DNA of 63,619 nucleotides, filler included, from Vannella sp. (taxonomy: Eukaryota), in NCBI GenBank assembly GCA_023345925.1. It is 6 parts of 6 records of this genome, joined end to end, with 100 filler letters (N's around TTAATTAATTAA, not from the genome) between each part and the next. Parts side by side here need not be neighbours in the genome. Positions count along the whole stretch, not along the records: positions 43,545 to 60,590 come from JAJQQN010000874.1; 5 more parts are not named here. One strand, given 5' to 3'. The number at the start of each line of letters is the position of its first letter. Positions within the stretch are counted from its first letter, which is position 1. A model generated the notes under the pieces. The model did not search any database. It was not told the origin of the DNA and was given only the letters and a program-made list of their open reading frames with translations. Below, one piece after another: positions 46,289 to 59,390 of this stretch. A program made the translations under genes and the position numbers.

Positions 46289-48994
46289 ATGGACTCTCCG
46301 CCTTCGTCTCCGCTCCTCAACTTTGATTCGGATGACGGGGACATTGATGACATCTTGACGCAGATGGAGCGAGGTTGGGGGCTCCTCTGGTGCTGCGTGT
46401 TGAGAAGGAGACTGATAGAAGGGGATAGATGAGGGTTCTTCTCCTCTGCGAATGGAACCAGCATCACCAGGCTTACACGAGGACTCACAGAATGCAGGTG
46501 GAGTGTTCCTCCTTGAGTCTCCGCCTTCTTCGCCTACCGTTGGCGACTTTTTGCCTCCTTCGCCTCCTTCCGGACGCTTCCAGATCCCTACGACAGCTCC
46601 TCAGAGACGTGAGAGATACCCCTGTTCACAGATGGGTGGGACTGACAGCGCTGATAGGACGGCAGTCTGTAGATCCTTCTGGCCGCTTTCCCAGCCTTGC
46701 ACCGACCACTACAGCCACGATGGCGCTTCCTACAGACTCTCAGTTTGCAGAAGAGGAGGACCAAACAGTGATCTGGGGCACTACGATCAACGTCGAGCAC
46801 GTTCTCACTCACTTTCGAGACTTCCTTCGCTCTTTCACGCTCCCTGAAGGACACACGCCCCTCTACACAGAGCTTCTGGAACAGATACGGATGACAGAGA
46901 CCTTTGTGATCAACATAGACCTACGCCACGTGCGATCCTTCAGCGAGGGACTGTACCAAGAGCTCATTCAATACCCGCAAGAGATGCTCAATCTCCTCGA
47001 CATTGTCGTGAACGACCTCTTCCAGCAGCTTTCTGAAGAGGCTGGGCATCAGATAGAAGGGGAAATAGTCCATCGCATCCAACCACGCCCGTTTGGAGTC
47101 GATCCGGGCCAAGAATATCGTTCTATGAGAGACTTGCAGCCTACCCACTTGAATACCTTGGTCGCTGTCCGTGGGATGGTCACCCGCTCATCGTCTATCA
47201 TCCCAGATATGCGGTTGAGTTACTTCCAGTGCCATGTGTGCTGCCATTCCGTGATTGTACCAATCGACCGCGGGTGCGTTAATGAGCCGCCGGAATGTCC
47301 GAATTGCCAGAGCAAATGGTCCATGAAGATCATCCACAACCGTTGCAAGTTCGAGAACAAGCAATCAGTCAAGCTTCAAGAGACTCCTGACTCTATCCCA
47401 GAGGGAGAGACTCCTCACACTATCAATTTATGCGGTTATGGTGGCCTGGTGGACACTGTGAAGCCTGGTGACCGAGTAGAAATAACGGGTATATATCGTG
47501 CTCAACCTATACAGGTGAGCCGCTTCATGCGCAACCTCAGGAGTATCTACAAGACGTACATTGATGTGGTGCATGTGGATTGTATCGAAGGTAGCTTCAT
47601 GCAGGCCACTGAAGAGGATAATGGAGGAGCTCCTGCAGCATCTCAGAAAGGAACTGAGACTGAAGCAGCAGAAAACGCACGGGTGGAGCTCTTCAAGCAA
47701 ATGGCAGCGGAAGGAGACATTTATGACCGTCTGACTAAGTCCTTGGCTCCAAGTATCTGGCAGTTGGACGATGTCAAGAGAGGCATTCTTTGTCTTCTCT
47801 TTGGGGGCTCTCAAAAGAAATTCTCCCAATCAGGAGAAGGGCGATTCCGAGGAGAAATCAACGTCCTTTTGGTGGGAGACCCTGGAACCAGTAAGTCCCA
47901 GCTCCTTCAATACGTCCACAAGATCGCTCCTCGCGGAATCTACACCTCTGGTAAAGGCTCTTCTGCTGTAGGACTGACAGCATATGTGACCAAAGACCCC
48001 GACACTCGCCAAGCCGTCCTAGAAAGCGGTGCTTTGGTCCTTTCTGACAAGGGAGTTTGCTGCATTGACGAGTTTGATAAGATGTCTGACACGACCCGAA
48101 GCATTCTCCACGAAGTGATGGAGCAGCAGACAGTCTCCATTGCCAAAGCCGGAATTATTTGCACCCTTAACGCACGGACTTCTGTTCTGGCGAGTGCGAA
48201 TCCCCGAGAGTCCAGGTACAATCCTCGCATGTCTGTTGTGGACAATATCGACCTTCCTCCAACGCTTCTGTCTCGCTTTGACTTGATTTATCTGGTTCTT
48301 GACAAGCCCAATGCAGAGACAGACAAACGCTTAGCCCAGCATTTGGTGTCTCTCTATTGGGCAGACATACCGGCACACGAGAACTTCATCGAGCAAGACG
48401 TTTTACGCGATTATATCGCTTATGCGAGAAAGCATGTCCATCCAGTCATCTCTGACGAAGCCAAAGAACTCCTTGTTGATGGATATGTGAAGATGAGGCG
48501 AATGGGAGGCAACAAAAAGACTATCACCGCGACTCCGCGACAACTGGAGTCTCTTATTCGGTTATCAGAGGCACTGGCTCGCATGCGCCTTCAAGAGATA
48601 GTCACTGGAGAGCACGTGAAAGAAGCTCTTCGGTTGATGAAAGTGGCGCTGCAGCAGGCTGCCATCGATCCCAGGACAGGAACCATCGACATGGACCTCA
48701 TCCAGACTGGCCGTTCTGCGTCGTCGCGCCAACGCATGTCCGGCCTTGTTGACGCAGCCCGTTCCTTGTTGGAGAACCGCCGGACTTCCATCATGGACAG
48801 ACTCTTTGCTGAACTCACCCAACAAAGGTACGAGCTACCTCTCGCCCCTTCCCTTTTGATGTACTTACTCACTTTGAATCAGTTCTGTGGAAGTGACCAG
48901 AGAAGAGGTTAAAGAGGCGCTGAAGCTTTTGGAGCAGGAAGGATTTGTCACACTTTCCGGAGACATCCGGAACCCGACCATACAACGCGTGTGA
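46289..48994 (+). CDS. MCM4: DNA replication licensing factor MCM4 (3 exons)
   Basis: SSP-rich N-terminus, VIWGT, CxxC..CxxC, GDPGTSKSQ, YTSGKGSSAVGLTAYV, IDEFDKM and LLSRFDL. Alternative ATGs at 46232 and 46268. Confidence 0.96.
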
Positions 48995-49096
48995 TGTGCT
49001 GAATGTCCGTTTCGTTCTAGTTCTTTATCAGACGAGGAGGGGGGTGAGAGGGGTTATGAGTACAAGCGACTTGCGTGGATGGGAGAAGAAGTACGC

Positions 49097-51470
49097 TCAG
49101 GGCTTGTTGAGCACTGGGGCAGCCCGTCGCACAGTCTCTGTGGAGGCTTTGTTCTTGTCACACTTGAATTGAATGATCTTGAGGTCCCGTTTGAGGCCAA
49201 TCTCTTCCGTCTTGAGGGCTTCCAGAGTCTTCTTGATGCTGGCAAGGTCATTTGTGGCCTGGTCCATCTGCAATTCAAGCTTGGCAGTTGAAGAGCTCAG
49301 TTCTTGAACTTGAGAACTCAAATTAGAGTCCCCTGGGCCTGCATTGGAACTTCCACTTGATCCTGTTGAATGCTTGAGAAGTTCAATCTCTTTAGACAGG
49401 TTATCCACCAGCGCTTGGAGCTTAGCATTGCTCTCCTGTTCAGCTTGAGCAACCTTTTTCAAGTCCTCCAAGTCAGTCAGGAACTTTTGTTTGGATCCAG
49501 CGCTTGATCCCGACCCGGATCCGGTAGAGGTTCCGGACTTGCTGCGGGAGGCAGGAGATGGAGCGGACTTTTTCGGAGTCACCTCAGCAACAACAGGTTC
49601 AGCCTCAACAAGGGTTGGCTCAGCAACAGGTTCAGCAACAAGGCTCTCCTCTGCCATTGGGGCAGTCATATTTGTGAGAGGTTGCTGTGGAAGGGGCGCG
49701 TCCTTTTTGAGAGACATTATCTTTTTGACATAATTTGTGGGGAAGAAGCCAAAGTTGCCATTGGCCTCTCCTTCCCACCAGCCACCGTCGTCTTCCTTGC
49801 TGATAAAAACAATCTCTCCTTGTTTGAAAGAGAGTTCTCGCTCGCTCTGGCCTTCGTAGGCAAACAGAGTGACCCCCACGGACACAAAGTCATCGCTCTC
49901 TACATTCTAACAGGCCAATTGTGAGATAACTTCCTCACAAGTGCGATTCTCACCTCAATGATCTCCTCATAGTTATCAAGAAGCTCACAAGTGATCGCAT
50001 TCACAGCGGAAGTGCCTTGAATCATGGCCATGGCACTCTTATCCGAGGACTGAAGCATGTTGGGGCCAAAGACAGTGGCCACATTATGAATGGCCATCTT
50101 GTTGATGTCAGCATACTTGATGATGTTCACCAAGAACGGCAAAATAGCGAACAATAGCGTCCTGTTGGCCTCTGGAAGCGTGTCCACAATAATCTTGTAG
50201 TAAGTCACCCTCACAGAAGCATTCTTGACGGTGTCTGGCGGAATGGATGAGACGGGAAGCACTTTCAGAGCAACTGGTGAACGTACTGTAAAGTGTGATG
50301 AAGATTTCGTACAGAAAGAAAGTGAATAAGGGCTCAGGGAGCTCTCGCAAGTACATCTTCAACAAGCTGGCGACAACATGGGGGCTAGAACATGTTCGGA
50401 CGTTAACGTCTTGGCCTAGACTCGTTGTCAGCGCGCCTTGACGCAATCATCATTGCTCTCACCATCATCGAAGGCTTTCTTCATGGCAAGGACCTCGGTC
50501 TGGTTGCCGGAGATGCGGAAGATTCCCTCCAGTTCGAGGGATGTCTCCGTTAGGTACGTCATGGTCTTGGCAACAACCACAGGGAGTCCTCCATACTTAA
50601 ACCGATGTGCACACTGAGCCAAAGGCACTCCAAACACTTTCGTGGCAGCCGAGGGCTGCACCGGAGCCGCTGTGCTTCCTGCATTCGAATCGCGCTTGGT
50701 TTTGTGGACTTCCACGCGGCGGAGAAGCGTGTTAATCTTGCTCTTCTTCTTGACAACGAGCTTGGCCACGTTGGGATCCGCTTGCTCAATCAAAGGCTTC
50801 GCCAGGTCCACAGAGGCTCCTTTGCTCCCTTTGGCTTCCCAGTTAGCCGTAGCTCGCCATCAAATGGAAGACAAACGTACCGTCCACTTCAGACACGGTT
50901 GAGAGGGAGAAATCAGTGCTGCGGGGCTCGCCCAAGAGGTCAAGAACGAGACCAAGTACTTCAGACGCTCTGTGGCGAGTTAGAGGCCTGGTGTGTCGTG
51001 AGGAGGAAGGGAAGGACGTACACAAGTGAGAAGTCGATTTCCATCTTCTTTTCCACCCCCTCGTAGACGATGGTGGTCTTCTTTGGGCGAGGCTTGTACT
51101 CCAATCCCGCCTGCCATTCTCTCGTCAGTCCTGACCTCGCTCATTGCGACCAAGGGTAGTGATAGAAGAAGAGAGGCACCAGACGTGGGTTTCCCCAGGT
51201 TGGTGTGAAGAAGAAAGGAGAGAACGAAGCACTTACGCAGTGTTCTAGTGTGGGGTAGGACGCCAAGGTGTCCTCTTCCTTCAGCCATGTACTGGTGTCC
51301 TTGATACAGAGACCATAAAGCTCCATCTTATCTTTCAGACCTCCCTTTGTAGCACAAATAGCGCAAGCCTCCGCCACAGTCATCGTAGTGGTGAACGCCA
51401 CCGTCTTAAAGGCAGCAGAATCGCCATGTCCAGGGTACAGCACCTGCTTGATGAGTTTCTTGGCAGCCAT
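49097..51470 (-). CDS. RhoGAP with N-terminal talin/FERM-like ubiquitin fold, SH3 and coiled-coil
   Basis: KVFGVPL, EGIFRISG, VASLLKMYLRELPEPL, NKMAIHNVATVFGPN and SH3 ELSFKQGE..GWWEGE..GFFPTNYV. Confidence 0.9.
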
Positions 51471-51644
51471 CGTAACAAAGCAACGCTAATGTGGCTTGTT
51501 GGCGCTCGAGGGGACTCGGCTGGTAAGCCCGAGTGAGGAATGGCTGTGATTGGCTGGTTTCCCAAATGGCAAGATATTATCGAGATTTCTGGAGGTCGTC
51601 AATGAGGCCCTGAATGTATTAGCTAAATTCAGTATTTATTGCCG

Positions 51645-52225
51645 TCATTGATGGTCACGGCCGATTATACGGGAGATGACGGAGTCTTCGAGGGTGGATA
51701 CGGCGGCTTCTTTCTCGTTGATGTTGTACAGCTTCTTGATGGCGTTGATGTCTGCAAGGTTTGAGAGTTGGGAGAGGTCGATCTCTTGTCCTTGGACGAG
51801 TTGGCGGATATCTTCGTCCTGGTCTCTTGTCAGGGGGAGTAAGATCATGATTGTACACCCACCTTGAAGGAAGAGCAGTGGAAGTTCACTAGGAGAAGAT
51901 CAGAGCCATTCTTGGGGGCTCCGAACGTTACAAAGGCTTGGCGCATGTTGTGAGAGGGGTAGAGGATGTAAAGGAGCTCAGAATACACTGAATGGCACTT
52001 CAGTTGCTTATTGTAGTGTGTGTGAAGGGCGTGAGTCGCCGCTAGCTGAAGGACGACCGTCGAGGAGACCTTCCTCGGATCCAACAGACTCAACTCCAGC
52101 CCTCCTTCCCCTGTCAAGCGCGCATGAATCTGTTCTAAGTTCTCCACTTGCGAGAACAAATACACATCAATCCACCACGACTGCCCCGTCCCACTTGTGT
52201 CCATCAAGGGAAACCTCACCGGCAT
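51645..52225 (-). CDS. CGI121: EKC/KEOPS complex subunit CGI121/TPRKB (2 exons)
   Basis: LFSQVEN, HSVYSELLYILYPSHNMRQAFVTFG and IKKLYNI. Confidence 0.85.
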
Positions 52226-52357
52226 ACCCGCCACTATGAAATAATGAAGTAAATAAATATAACAAAGCCTGTCCGACCACACATTCACGATTTAGAGGGG
52301 TCGGTGAATGGAAGCTCGACGCTGATTGGTCTGACCAAGATGGAGCCATTGTGAGGG

Positions 52358-53270
52358 ATGACTGCGGTCGTGGGAGCTAATCGCTATGGGAAAGCGTCTG
52401 TGCGCTTATTGAAGGTGATCAAGACGGGAACTCGTCATACGATTGTGAACTACAGGGTGAAGGTGCAACTGGAGGGGGACTTTGAGACTTCTTACACCAA
52501 AGCGGACAACTCCAAGGTTGTTCCGACGGACACAACAAAGAATATCGTGTATGGGATGGCCAAGAAGGACTTCTCATCCCCTGAGGAGTACGCCTTGATC
52601 TTGGGAGCTTACTTTATCGAAAACTACGCGCAAGTTTCAAAGGTCTACATCGACGTGTCTGAGACTCCCTGGCGCCGTATGGTCATTGATGTATGATGAA
52701 CCTTTGATATAGAGGGTACTGTGAGCTTACTATGATCTCCAGGGAAAGGAACACGACTTCTCCTTCGAGAAGCCGGGGGGTTTGGAGCGGTGCGTGCATT
52801 TGGAGCAGTCTCGCTCCAAGATTGAGCTTTCTGGAGGTGTCAGCAACTTCATTGTCCTTAAGACAACAGAGTCTGGCTTCAAAGGCTTCCACAAGTGCCC
52901 TTATACTGTACTTCCTGAGGTCAGTGACCGAATCTTGGCCACGAATGTCACTTGCTGGTGGCATTACAACACAGTGAAGGATGTAGACTTCAACAGAACA
53001 TATGAAGGCATGAAATCTATCATCAGCCGGGTCTTCTCTCAAGTCTACAGCGAGAGTGTGCAGGCGACCGTCTGGGTGATTGCCACAGAAGCCATTAACA
53101 GCTTCCCCAGCATCCAAAAAGTCAAGCTCTCCCTCCCCAACCTCCACCACTGGGAGATAGACACCTCTCGGTTCGGCTTAAGCAACGATCACGACATCTT
53201 TGTCGCTGTTGATGAGCCTCACGGCATCATTGAGGCCGAAGTACACCGCAGCACCACTTCTAAGCTGTGA
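52358..53270 (+). CDS. UOX: Urate oxidase (uricase), peroxisomal (2 exons)
   Basis: YGKASVR, DNSKVVPTDTTKN, VLKTTESGF, DRILAT, SVQAT, LPNLH and C-terminal SKL (PTS1). Confidence 0.96.
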
Positions 53271-53347
53271 GTGAAGCTACTCTACGATACAAGACTCTTA
53301 TTACATCATTTCCCGCTTCATTTCCTCCTTCTCTGGTGGGAGAGGGC

Positions 53348-55083
53348 ATGAGGGGAGCTGGGCTCTTCATTTTCGCGCTGTTTGGGGTGTTTTGCGTGGC
53401 TGGAGGTGCTGGAGGGTACATTGATCTGATAGAGATTGAAGTCTATGTTCCAGAGGAGCTCAAAGGGGACGTGTTGGTAGTGGAGCGGTGGCACTATCAC
53501 TTCTCCCAGCCATCTTCGTCTGTTTCTCGTCTGCTTCCAGTTGGGTTCAGTGGGGTGAAGGGGTGTAACTGCGATGCCATTGGGAACATCCTTGTATTTG
53601 ATGGGCCTGAGCTGAGCAGCCCACTCCCCGAAGCGCCGTTTGGTGAAGAACCAGCCGAGGGGACATTCCAAGTTATTGAAGAGGTTCGTTTGGTTTAGTG
53701 CTCCGCCATTACTTACATAATCACAAGAGTGACCATCTCCATCTCATAACGCACTTTCCTGAGCAAGAAGGACCGAAAACAGTCTCACTCTCTTACCAAA
53801 TTCGAGGGGGCATTCATCTCACTCTGGTGAGCTTCTCTCCAGCTTGAGCATGTCTGCCTCTTCTCACGGTGATCAAGATGCCAGTATTCTATAAGGGAGT
53901 AGTCCCTCCGGAAGAGTTCGCGTGGAATGCGTTGGGAACGCAGAACCCTTTTCCGGTCCACAATATCACTTTAGGCTTTAGTTCAGAGTACTCTTATAAG
54001 AGAGAAATGAGACCCATTTATGGAAAGAAGCCCATTGGCTGCCAGTTTGCGCTCAATGACCCGCCCTTGCAAACTCTCTTTCGCTCTGGAAAGGACGGAG
54101 AACAGTTTCTTATCCACGCTGGTTGGCCAACTGGGACGCCTCCTTTAGCGCCCTATGCTGGCTACAATTTTACCGCTTTCCTCGCAGGAAGAGATCAACT
54201 GAAGGTCTTTCGCATCTCTCAGTGGCAAAGGAAACTTCTTTTTTCCCATTTGGTGGATTGCGTGATAGGAGTAGCACTGCTGAGTATTTCATTCACTCCC
54301 TGGGCTTTATTGTTGATATGCAAGTCACCTTGGATCATCGACCGCCGTTTATCAACCCCAAACGGACACCCAAACATTGGTCCTTTAGCATTAACATGTC
54401 TTTTGGGAGCTAAGTCCCGCTCGACACTTTCGTTGGTCAGAATGGAGCTACTTCAAGAGATTTTGAATGGGAACGCGTCTGCGAAAGGAGACATTCTAAT
54501 CCTGAAGGAGAAGGGCGAGGGCTTACTAACCCTATTTTCACCTTCTCTGCCTCTCACACTCTCTCAGCTCATCCCAGAGATTCGGAGAAGCTACGAGTTA
54601 CTCCACTCTCAGACAGTTAGCGAACTTGTGACACTGGGACTCTTCAAATGCTCTCCCTCGCTGGCTCGAAGAGGATACCAAATGACAAGTTTTGTTCAAA
54701 TTCTCCTTTTCTATTGTTTGCTTTCGAGTCCGTACCTTCGTTACTGTGTTGGATTGTGGTCTCCAATAGAGGTTTGGATTCTATTGATTGTCATTGCAAT
54801 AGTCTCTCTCTCTGCGTTCCCTTTGACCTCCGTTATCCAACCTCGCACAGTTAAAGGGGAACTTCTTGCCAGAAGATGGCCGAAGTATCTTGCCCAAGCG
54901 CGAAGGCTCCCAAGTACTTCTTGCCAGGATGTTTTCGAGCTTTTCTGCTTTGGACATTCCACACGATCTCAAAAAGACTTTTCTGTTTGGTGGAAGAGAC
55001 AATCCGGAGAAGGAAGAGTGCCAGAGTTGGTGCTCCAACTTGCTGAACCGTTTATAGTTCGCTGTAAAGAGAAACTTCGTTAG
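53348..55083 (+). CDS. DUF2207-like membrane protein
   Basis: Signal peptide, IEVYV..GDVLVVERWHYHF, FAWNALG..FPV, TM helices and PRTVKGELLARRW. Probably two introns between 53683 and 53880. Confidence 0.55.
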
Positions 55084-57502
55084 ATTCGATAAGATCTTCT
55101 ACTGGGGTGGAAGGAGTTCTCTCTTCGAGAGTCGTAACTTCCTCGCTCTCGCCTTTCGTCTCACTTGCCTCAATTGCTTCATTTGTCTCACTTGCAGAAG
55201 CCCTTGTCTTTCGCCGTCTTGGTTTGTCTGAATTGACAGAAGAAGAAGAAGAAACCTTGTGGCTCTTCCGGCTGGTCTTGCTTCTGGGGCTGCTATCGGT
55301 GGAGTTGCTTTCTCCTATTAGAGTTCTTGATGCTTTCCGGTGACTCTTGATTCTAGGGCTTGAAGATGGTGTATCTCCAAGAGTGTTTCGAGATGTCCTT
55401 CTGCGAGAGCGACCGCTCACGGGTTCTTCCTCGGAGCCATTTGTTGGTATTTGTAACGTTGATTCTGGCTCAGTCTCAGAGACAAGGTCTGGGATTTCAA
55501 TCAACTTGGCCTCTTCCAGGCTGTGTGAAGGAGACGGAGGAGGAGTGGGAGCTTGTGTGCGGGGTTGCCAAAGTTCCAGAACTGTCTTCAGGATGTTTTC
55601 AAGGCGGAAGAAAGAGCCCATCATCAGGCCACTAAGCGGAACAGCGTAAGATAACGCAAGTTTCCCACCAGTAGCTGCTGCACGATCGGCAACAGATTGG
55701 AACTCGAGTGTCTTCATCTCCACCAAGTACTTGAGATCTTTAATGAGGCCATCAAACTGTTTGTAGACTTCCTCCCCATTCTCCTGGGCTAGGATTTCTT
55801 CTTTCTTGCTTTTGAATGCTTCAAGGATGCTTCCAGAGTCAAACTGATCCGGCTGATATTCTGGGCCAAGTTCTCTTCCAAGAAGATCAAAGGAGAGCAC
55901 AACGTGCGCTTTGAGGATAAAATCATCAATCACTGGATAGACTTCGCTCTTGATGTCATCTGTTGCTGCTGCAACGATCTCATTAGCGGGATGCTTGGGG
56001 TTGAGGATGTCTTGGACGACAGCGAGGTTCTTTTTCACCCCTTCGAGGTTTGCTGGAGGACCGTCAATGTAAGTGTCTTCGTTCCAGGCGCTTCCATCGT
56101 ATTCTGTCTGAGCTAGAATCAACTGAGCTCGGGTGTCGATGAGGAGAAGCCACCACTTGGAAAGTTGATTTTTCAGATTCCCGTTAATCAACTCCCTTCG
56201 GTCGCTCTCAGTAGCCTCAATAGCCTTCACTGTGGTCTCCATCAATTGTGTGAGGAATTCTTGCACAAAGGCCTGCGGATCAAGTCCCTGCAGCTTCAAG
56301 ATATCTCGGTCACTGGTGACCATAAAGAGCTTATTGCTGTTCCCATCTGGGTCATTGATTTGAGCTAACAGTTTGTCCAACTCCGCTTGAGTTTTAGCAG
56401 CTGCTTCCGCGATGAAGCGAAGCTTTAAATCACCCATTTGAGGGAAACTGATTGGGTTCATTCCATGAACGAACGCATTCAGGATTGGATAAAGCCTTCG
56501 TAGTGAATGGAAGGTAAGAAATGAGTAAGGTTGCTCTCTAGTGCCCTCATAAACATCAACTACAGGAGCGTTGAACTCTTTGAGTGCGTTTTGAAGGTCA
56601 CCTGCCAACTCGAAATGAAGATAACTCTCCAGCTCGTCTGATAGCTCAGCAACCATCTCCCGCATCTGTAAAGAATCTCCAATCCATGACTTTCCTGGTA
56701 CCAGCTTCCTCAGCGGGACACAGAGCTCAGCAGGGACGTAAAGTTCCTTCTCCTCCTTCGGCGCAACCCAGATGGTCAAGAAAGTCTTCTTTTTGAAGTC
56801 CACCGCGTCCTTGATACGCGCGAAGATGACCACATTCGAGTTAAGCTTCGACTTGCTTCCTAAAGTGCGACAATCACGCATCCCCACCGCTTCAGGAGGC
56901 ACTTGAGCAAGTACGAGGTCTCCTTTCTTTGCTGGGAAGCCCACAAAGTAGAGGGACAGCGGATCTGTGTGTCCCTCCTTTTGCATGAGAGTAGAAGCTT
57001 GCTCTCTGTGGTCAGCTGGAAGGAGGAGCCAGTCTTGATAGCGCTCCATGATACGAAGGGAGGGCGTCAACCCGATTAGCACGTTGTCTGGATCAACGTA
57101 GTGCGTACGGAGATACAATACAAGAGACTTGATCGAGTGTATGTACGGTGCCTTCTTCTTGAGGTCCTTGGGCTTCCCCTCTTTGAAGTACTCCTCGTAG
57201 TCGCAGAAAGACTCCTGGTACAGCGCACGGCGGTCTGCTGTGACCAGGTTCTTCGCAGAAAGCATACGGTTGTAGAAGATGAACCCCCACGGCAGCTCCC
57301 CCACGGCAAAGTCCGAACGATCGATGTTCAAGAGACAAACAGTTTCTTCGAGAAAGTTCTCGAGGAGGTTCGTAAGCTTCTTGCGGTTCTTCTTCTTCCA
57401 TAGAGCAGTCTCCATAGCGTTCTGTTGTGCTCTTCTGGCGTACGTCAGATCCAAGAACTCGTCGAACTCGCGGAAGATCCGTCCGACCCCACTCGCGAAC
57501 AT
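55052..57502 (-). CDS. Uncharacterised ~816-aa protein with Ser/Arg/Glu-rich tail
   Basis: 2.45-kb open frame with coding-like composition and TCATTT 15-20 nt before the ATG. No domain recognised. Confidence 0.8.
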   Translation of the reverse strand: MFASGVGRIFREFDEFLDLTYARRAQQNAMETALWKKKNRKKLTNLLENFLEETVCLLNIDRSDFAVGELPWGFIFYNRMLSAKNLVTADRRALYQESFCDYEEYFKEGKPKDLKKKAPYIHSIKSLVLYLRTHYVDPDNVLIGLTPSLRIMERYQDWLLLPADHREQASTLMQKEGHTDPLSLYFVGFPAKKGDLVLAQVPPEAVGMRDCRTLGSKSKLNSNVVIFARIKDAVDFKKKTFLTIWVAPKEEKELYVPAELCVPLRKLVPGKSWIGDSLQMREMVAELSDELESYLHFELAGDLQNALKEFNAPVVDVYEGTREQPYSFLTFHSLRRLYPILNAFVHGMNPISFPQMGDLKLRFIAEAAAKTQAELDKLLAQINDPDGNSNKLFMVTSDRDILKLQGLDPQAFVQEFLTQLMETTVKAIEATESDRRELINGNLKNQLSKWWLLLIDTRAQLILAQTEYDGSAWNEDTYIDGPPANLEGVKKNLAVVQDILNPKHPANEIVAAATDDIKSEVYPVIDDFILKAHVVLSFDLLGRELGPEYQPDQFDSGSILEAFKSKKEEILAQENGEEVYKQFDGLIKDLKYLVEMKTLEFQSVADRAAATGGKLALSYAVPLSGLMMGSFFRLENILKTVLELWQPRTQAPTPPPSPSHSLEEAKLIEIPDLVSETEPESTLQIPTNGSEEEPVSGRSRRRTSRNTLGDTPSSSPRIKSHRKASRTLIGESNSTDSSPRSKTSRKSHKVSSSSSVNSDKPRRRKTRASASETNEAIEASETKGESEEVTTLEERTPSTPVEDLIESNEVSLYSEL

Positions 57503-57585
57503 CCCTCCCAACTACAAATGAGGCGTGGAGCGTCCGTTTGGAGGTGTTTGGTTTATTGTACAGTGGTTTACAGAGTTTGGAAGCT

Positions 57586-59027
57586 TCAGTGGCTCTCAGG
57601 ACTCACTCTATCTGGCGACATGACGCCGGGCCGGGTGGAAAGACGTTTGCGAGTGGTTTGTTCCCCGTGTTTGACTGCCAGCTGGTCTCTCATCTTCTTA
57701 AGTCGCTCCAGTCTGTCATCAAAAGAGGACCAGTCGCTCCTCTGAGGCGAAGGACTGGGTATGGGGGAAGGGGATACTGTGGGGGAGCCGCTCTGGGGGG
57801 CAGCATCTTTGGTTGGACTTGTTTCCGATATGTTAATCACCTGAGATGATCCTGAACGCCTCCATGACTCTTCAGTACCAGCAGGGATACGATTTGCTTC
57901 CACTTTTGGTGAGGAAGATGGTCCCTCGTCGTCAGGCACCACTTCTCCCACTTGATCGAGTTCACATTCTTCCAACTCTGATGCAAGCCAGTCTTCTTCC
58001 TCGTTGGCCTTGTCTGATGAGGGTTCTGGTACAACCTCGAATTCTGTGCCAACTTGCTCCTCGTTCTTCTCGTCTGTTGTGAGATCCTCAGGTTGGTTGT
58101 GAGGTGGCACTGAAGTGGCACTTTGTCTGATCTCCTCGGCTTGAGAATCAGAGAGGGTCAGAGACTCCAAGATGACTTGGCGATCTAGTGGTTCCTCCAA
58201 GGCTCCTGTACCTTCTGTGGGAATGATATGTGCTTGTGGAGGCTCGACAACAACATTCTCTGCTTCTTTTGGTCGGCCAGAGACGATAGCCATCTTGAGA
58301 ACTGCGGGAGCAGACGCGCGGCTCCTCTGGCCCGGACTGGGAGTACTCTGCTCATTGGGTGAGTGGTTGAGACTCGAGGAGATAGGATGTTCGTACTTGG
58401 CGGATGAAGAGCGGACCTCCTCGCTGAATGACTTCGTCATATTGGTCGATGGTGGGAGAAGGGCGCCCCTTTGGGAGTTGCCCAGCTGCGTGTAGGTGTA
58501 AGTGAGTGCACAATACGACATATAGACATCATACCAAGGAAGAGTTGGTACTCTTCTGACTGCATGAAGCCGGGGTAGTCCGAATTGACCATAAGTTCCC
58601 ACGCCAACCGCTGTAGACGGTCGAACACGTAGTAGTCAGGGTCTTCTACATTGAGGTTGTTCTGCTGGTTCTCCAAGTTGACTTCCTGAGGGCTACACCG
58701 CTTCAGGAAGCGTTCATAGATGTCTTTGGCAAGGTGGGTTGCTAAAAGCTCGTTCTCGCTGACCTTGCAGTGATAGTACTCCACACAGGCCCAGAAGCAG
58801 AAGGTCTCTGAGCTAAACCTTCGTGTGACGTACTCGTAGTAGTGCCTCACGGCGATACTGTTCGAAAGGAGGATCAGAAGATGTTCCGCGGGGGGCACTG
58901 TGCCAAACAGGTTCTTCTGCACTTGGTTCGCACTGGTACCAATGCTGTCTCCCTCTGCCTCGTCCCCCTCTCCCTCTTTCTTCCGGATCTTGCTCTTCGA
59001 GAACACGCTCGACAAGCGCCTCTTCAT
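57586..59027 (-). CDS. RGS-domain protein with acidic low-complexity C-terminus (2 exons)
   Basis: FSSETFCFWACVE, DIYERFL..SPQEVNL, FDRLQ..MVNSDYPGFMQSEEY. Intron about 58493-58534. AATAAA after the stop. Confidence 0.85.
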
Positions 59028-59390
59028 GCCAGCCCCAAAATGGCTTTCCCTTTGTCTCTAAACGCTCAGAAGCATCTACAAGCACTCAAGGCATGCAGAA
59101 GAGCTCACATCCTCACTTGGGAGGCTCTCAAGGACAGTCTTCAGGGACAAGAGGAATGGAGAGCCATAAGGAGCTGGATGGGTCTAACCAACCTGTCCAG
59201 GCGTGTTGGAGCGACAGCGAACGAACTGTACTTTACTGTTGCTCGCGCTCGAGCTCGGGACAGCTTCTCTTCTAACCCTTTTCCTCTCCGCTCCTGGGAG
59301 GGATCTGGAGAGGTTCTAAAGAAGTAGACCTTGATGGTGTGGTCAACACAGTCGCGACTGCGCTGCTCTTTTAGCTGGGGAGTGAGGCGT

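Noticed and set aside
59040..59327. 95-aa plus-strand ORF between the RGS and elongase genes
   Set aside because: No motifs. More likely upstream/UTR sequence of the RGS gene.
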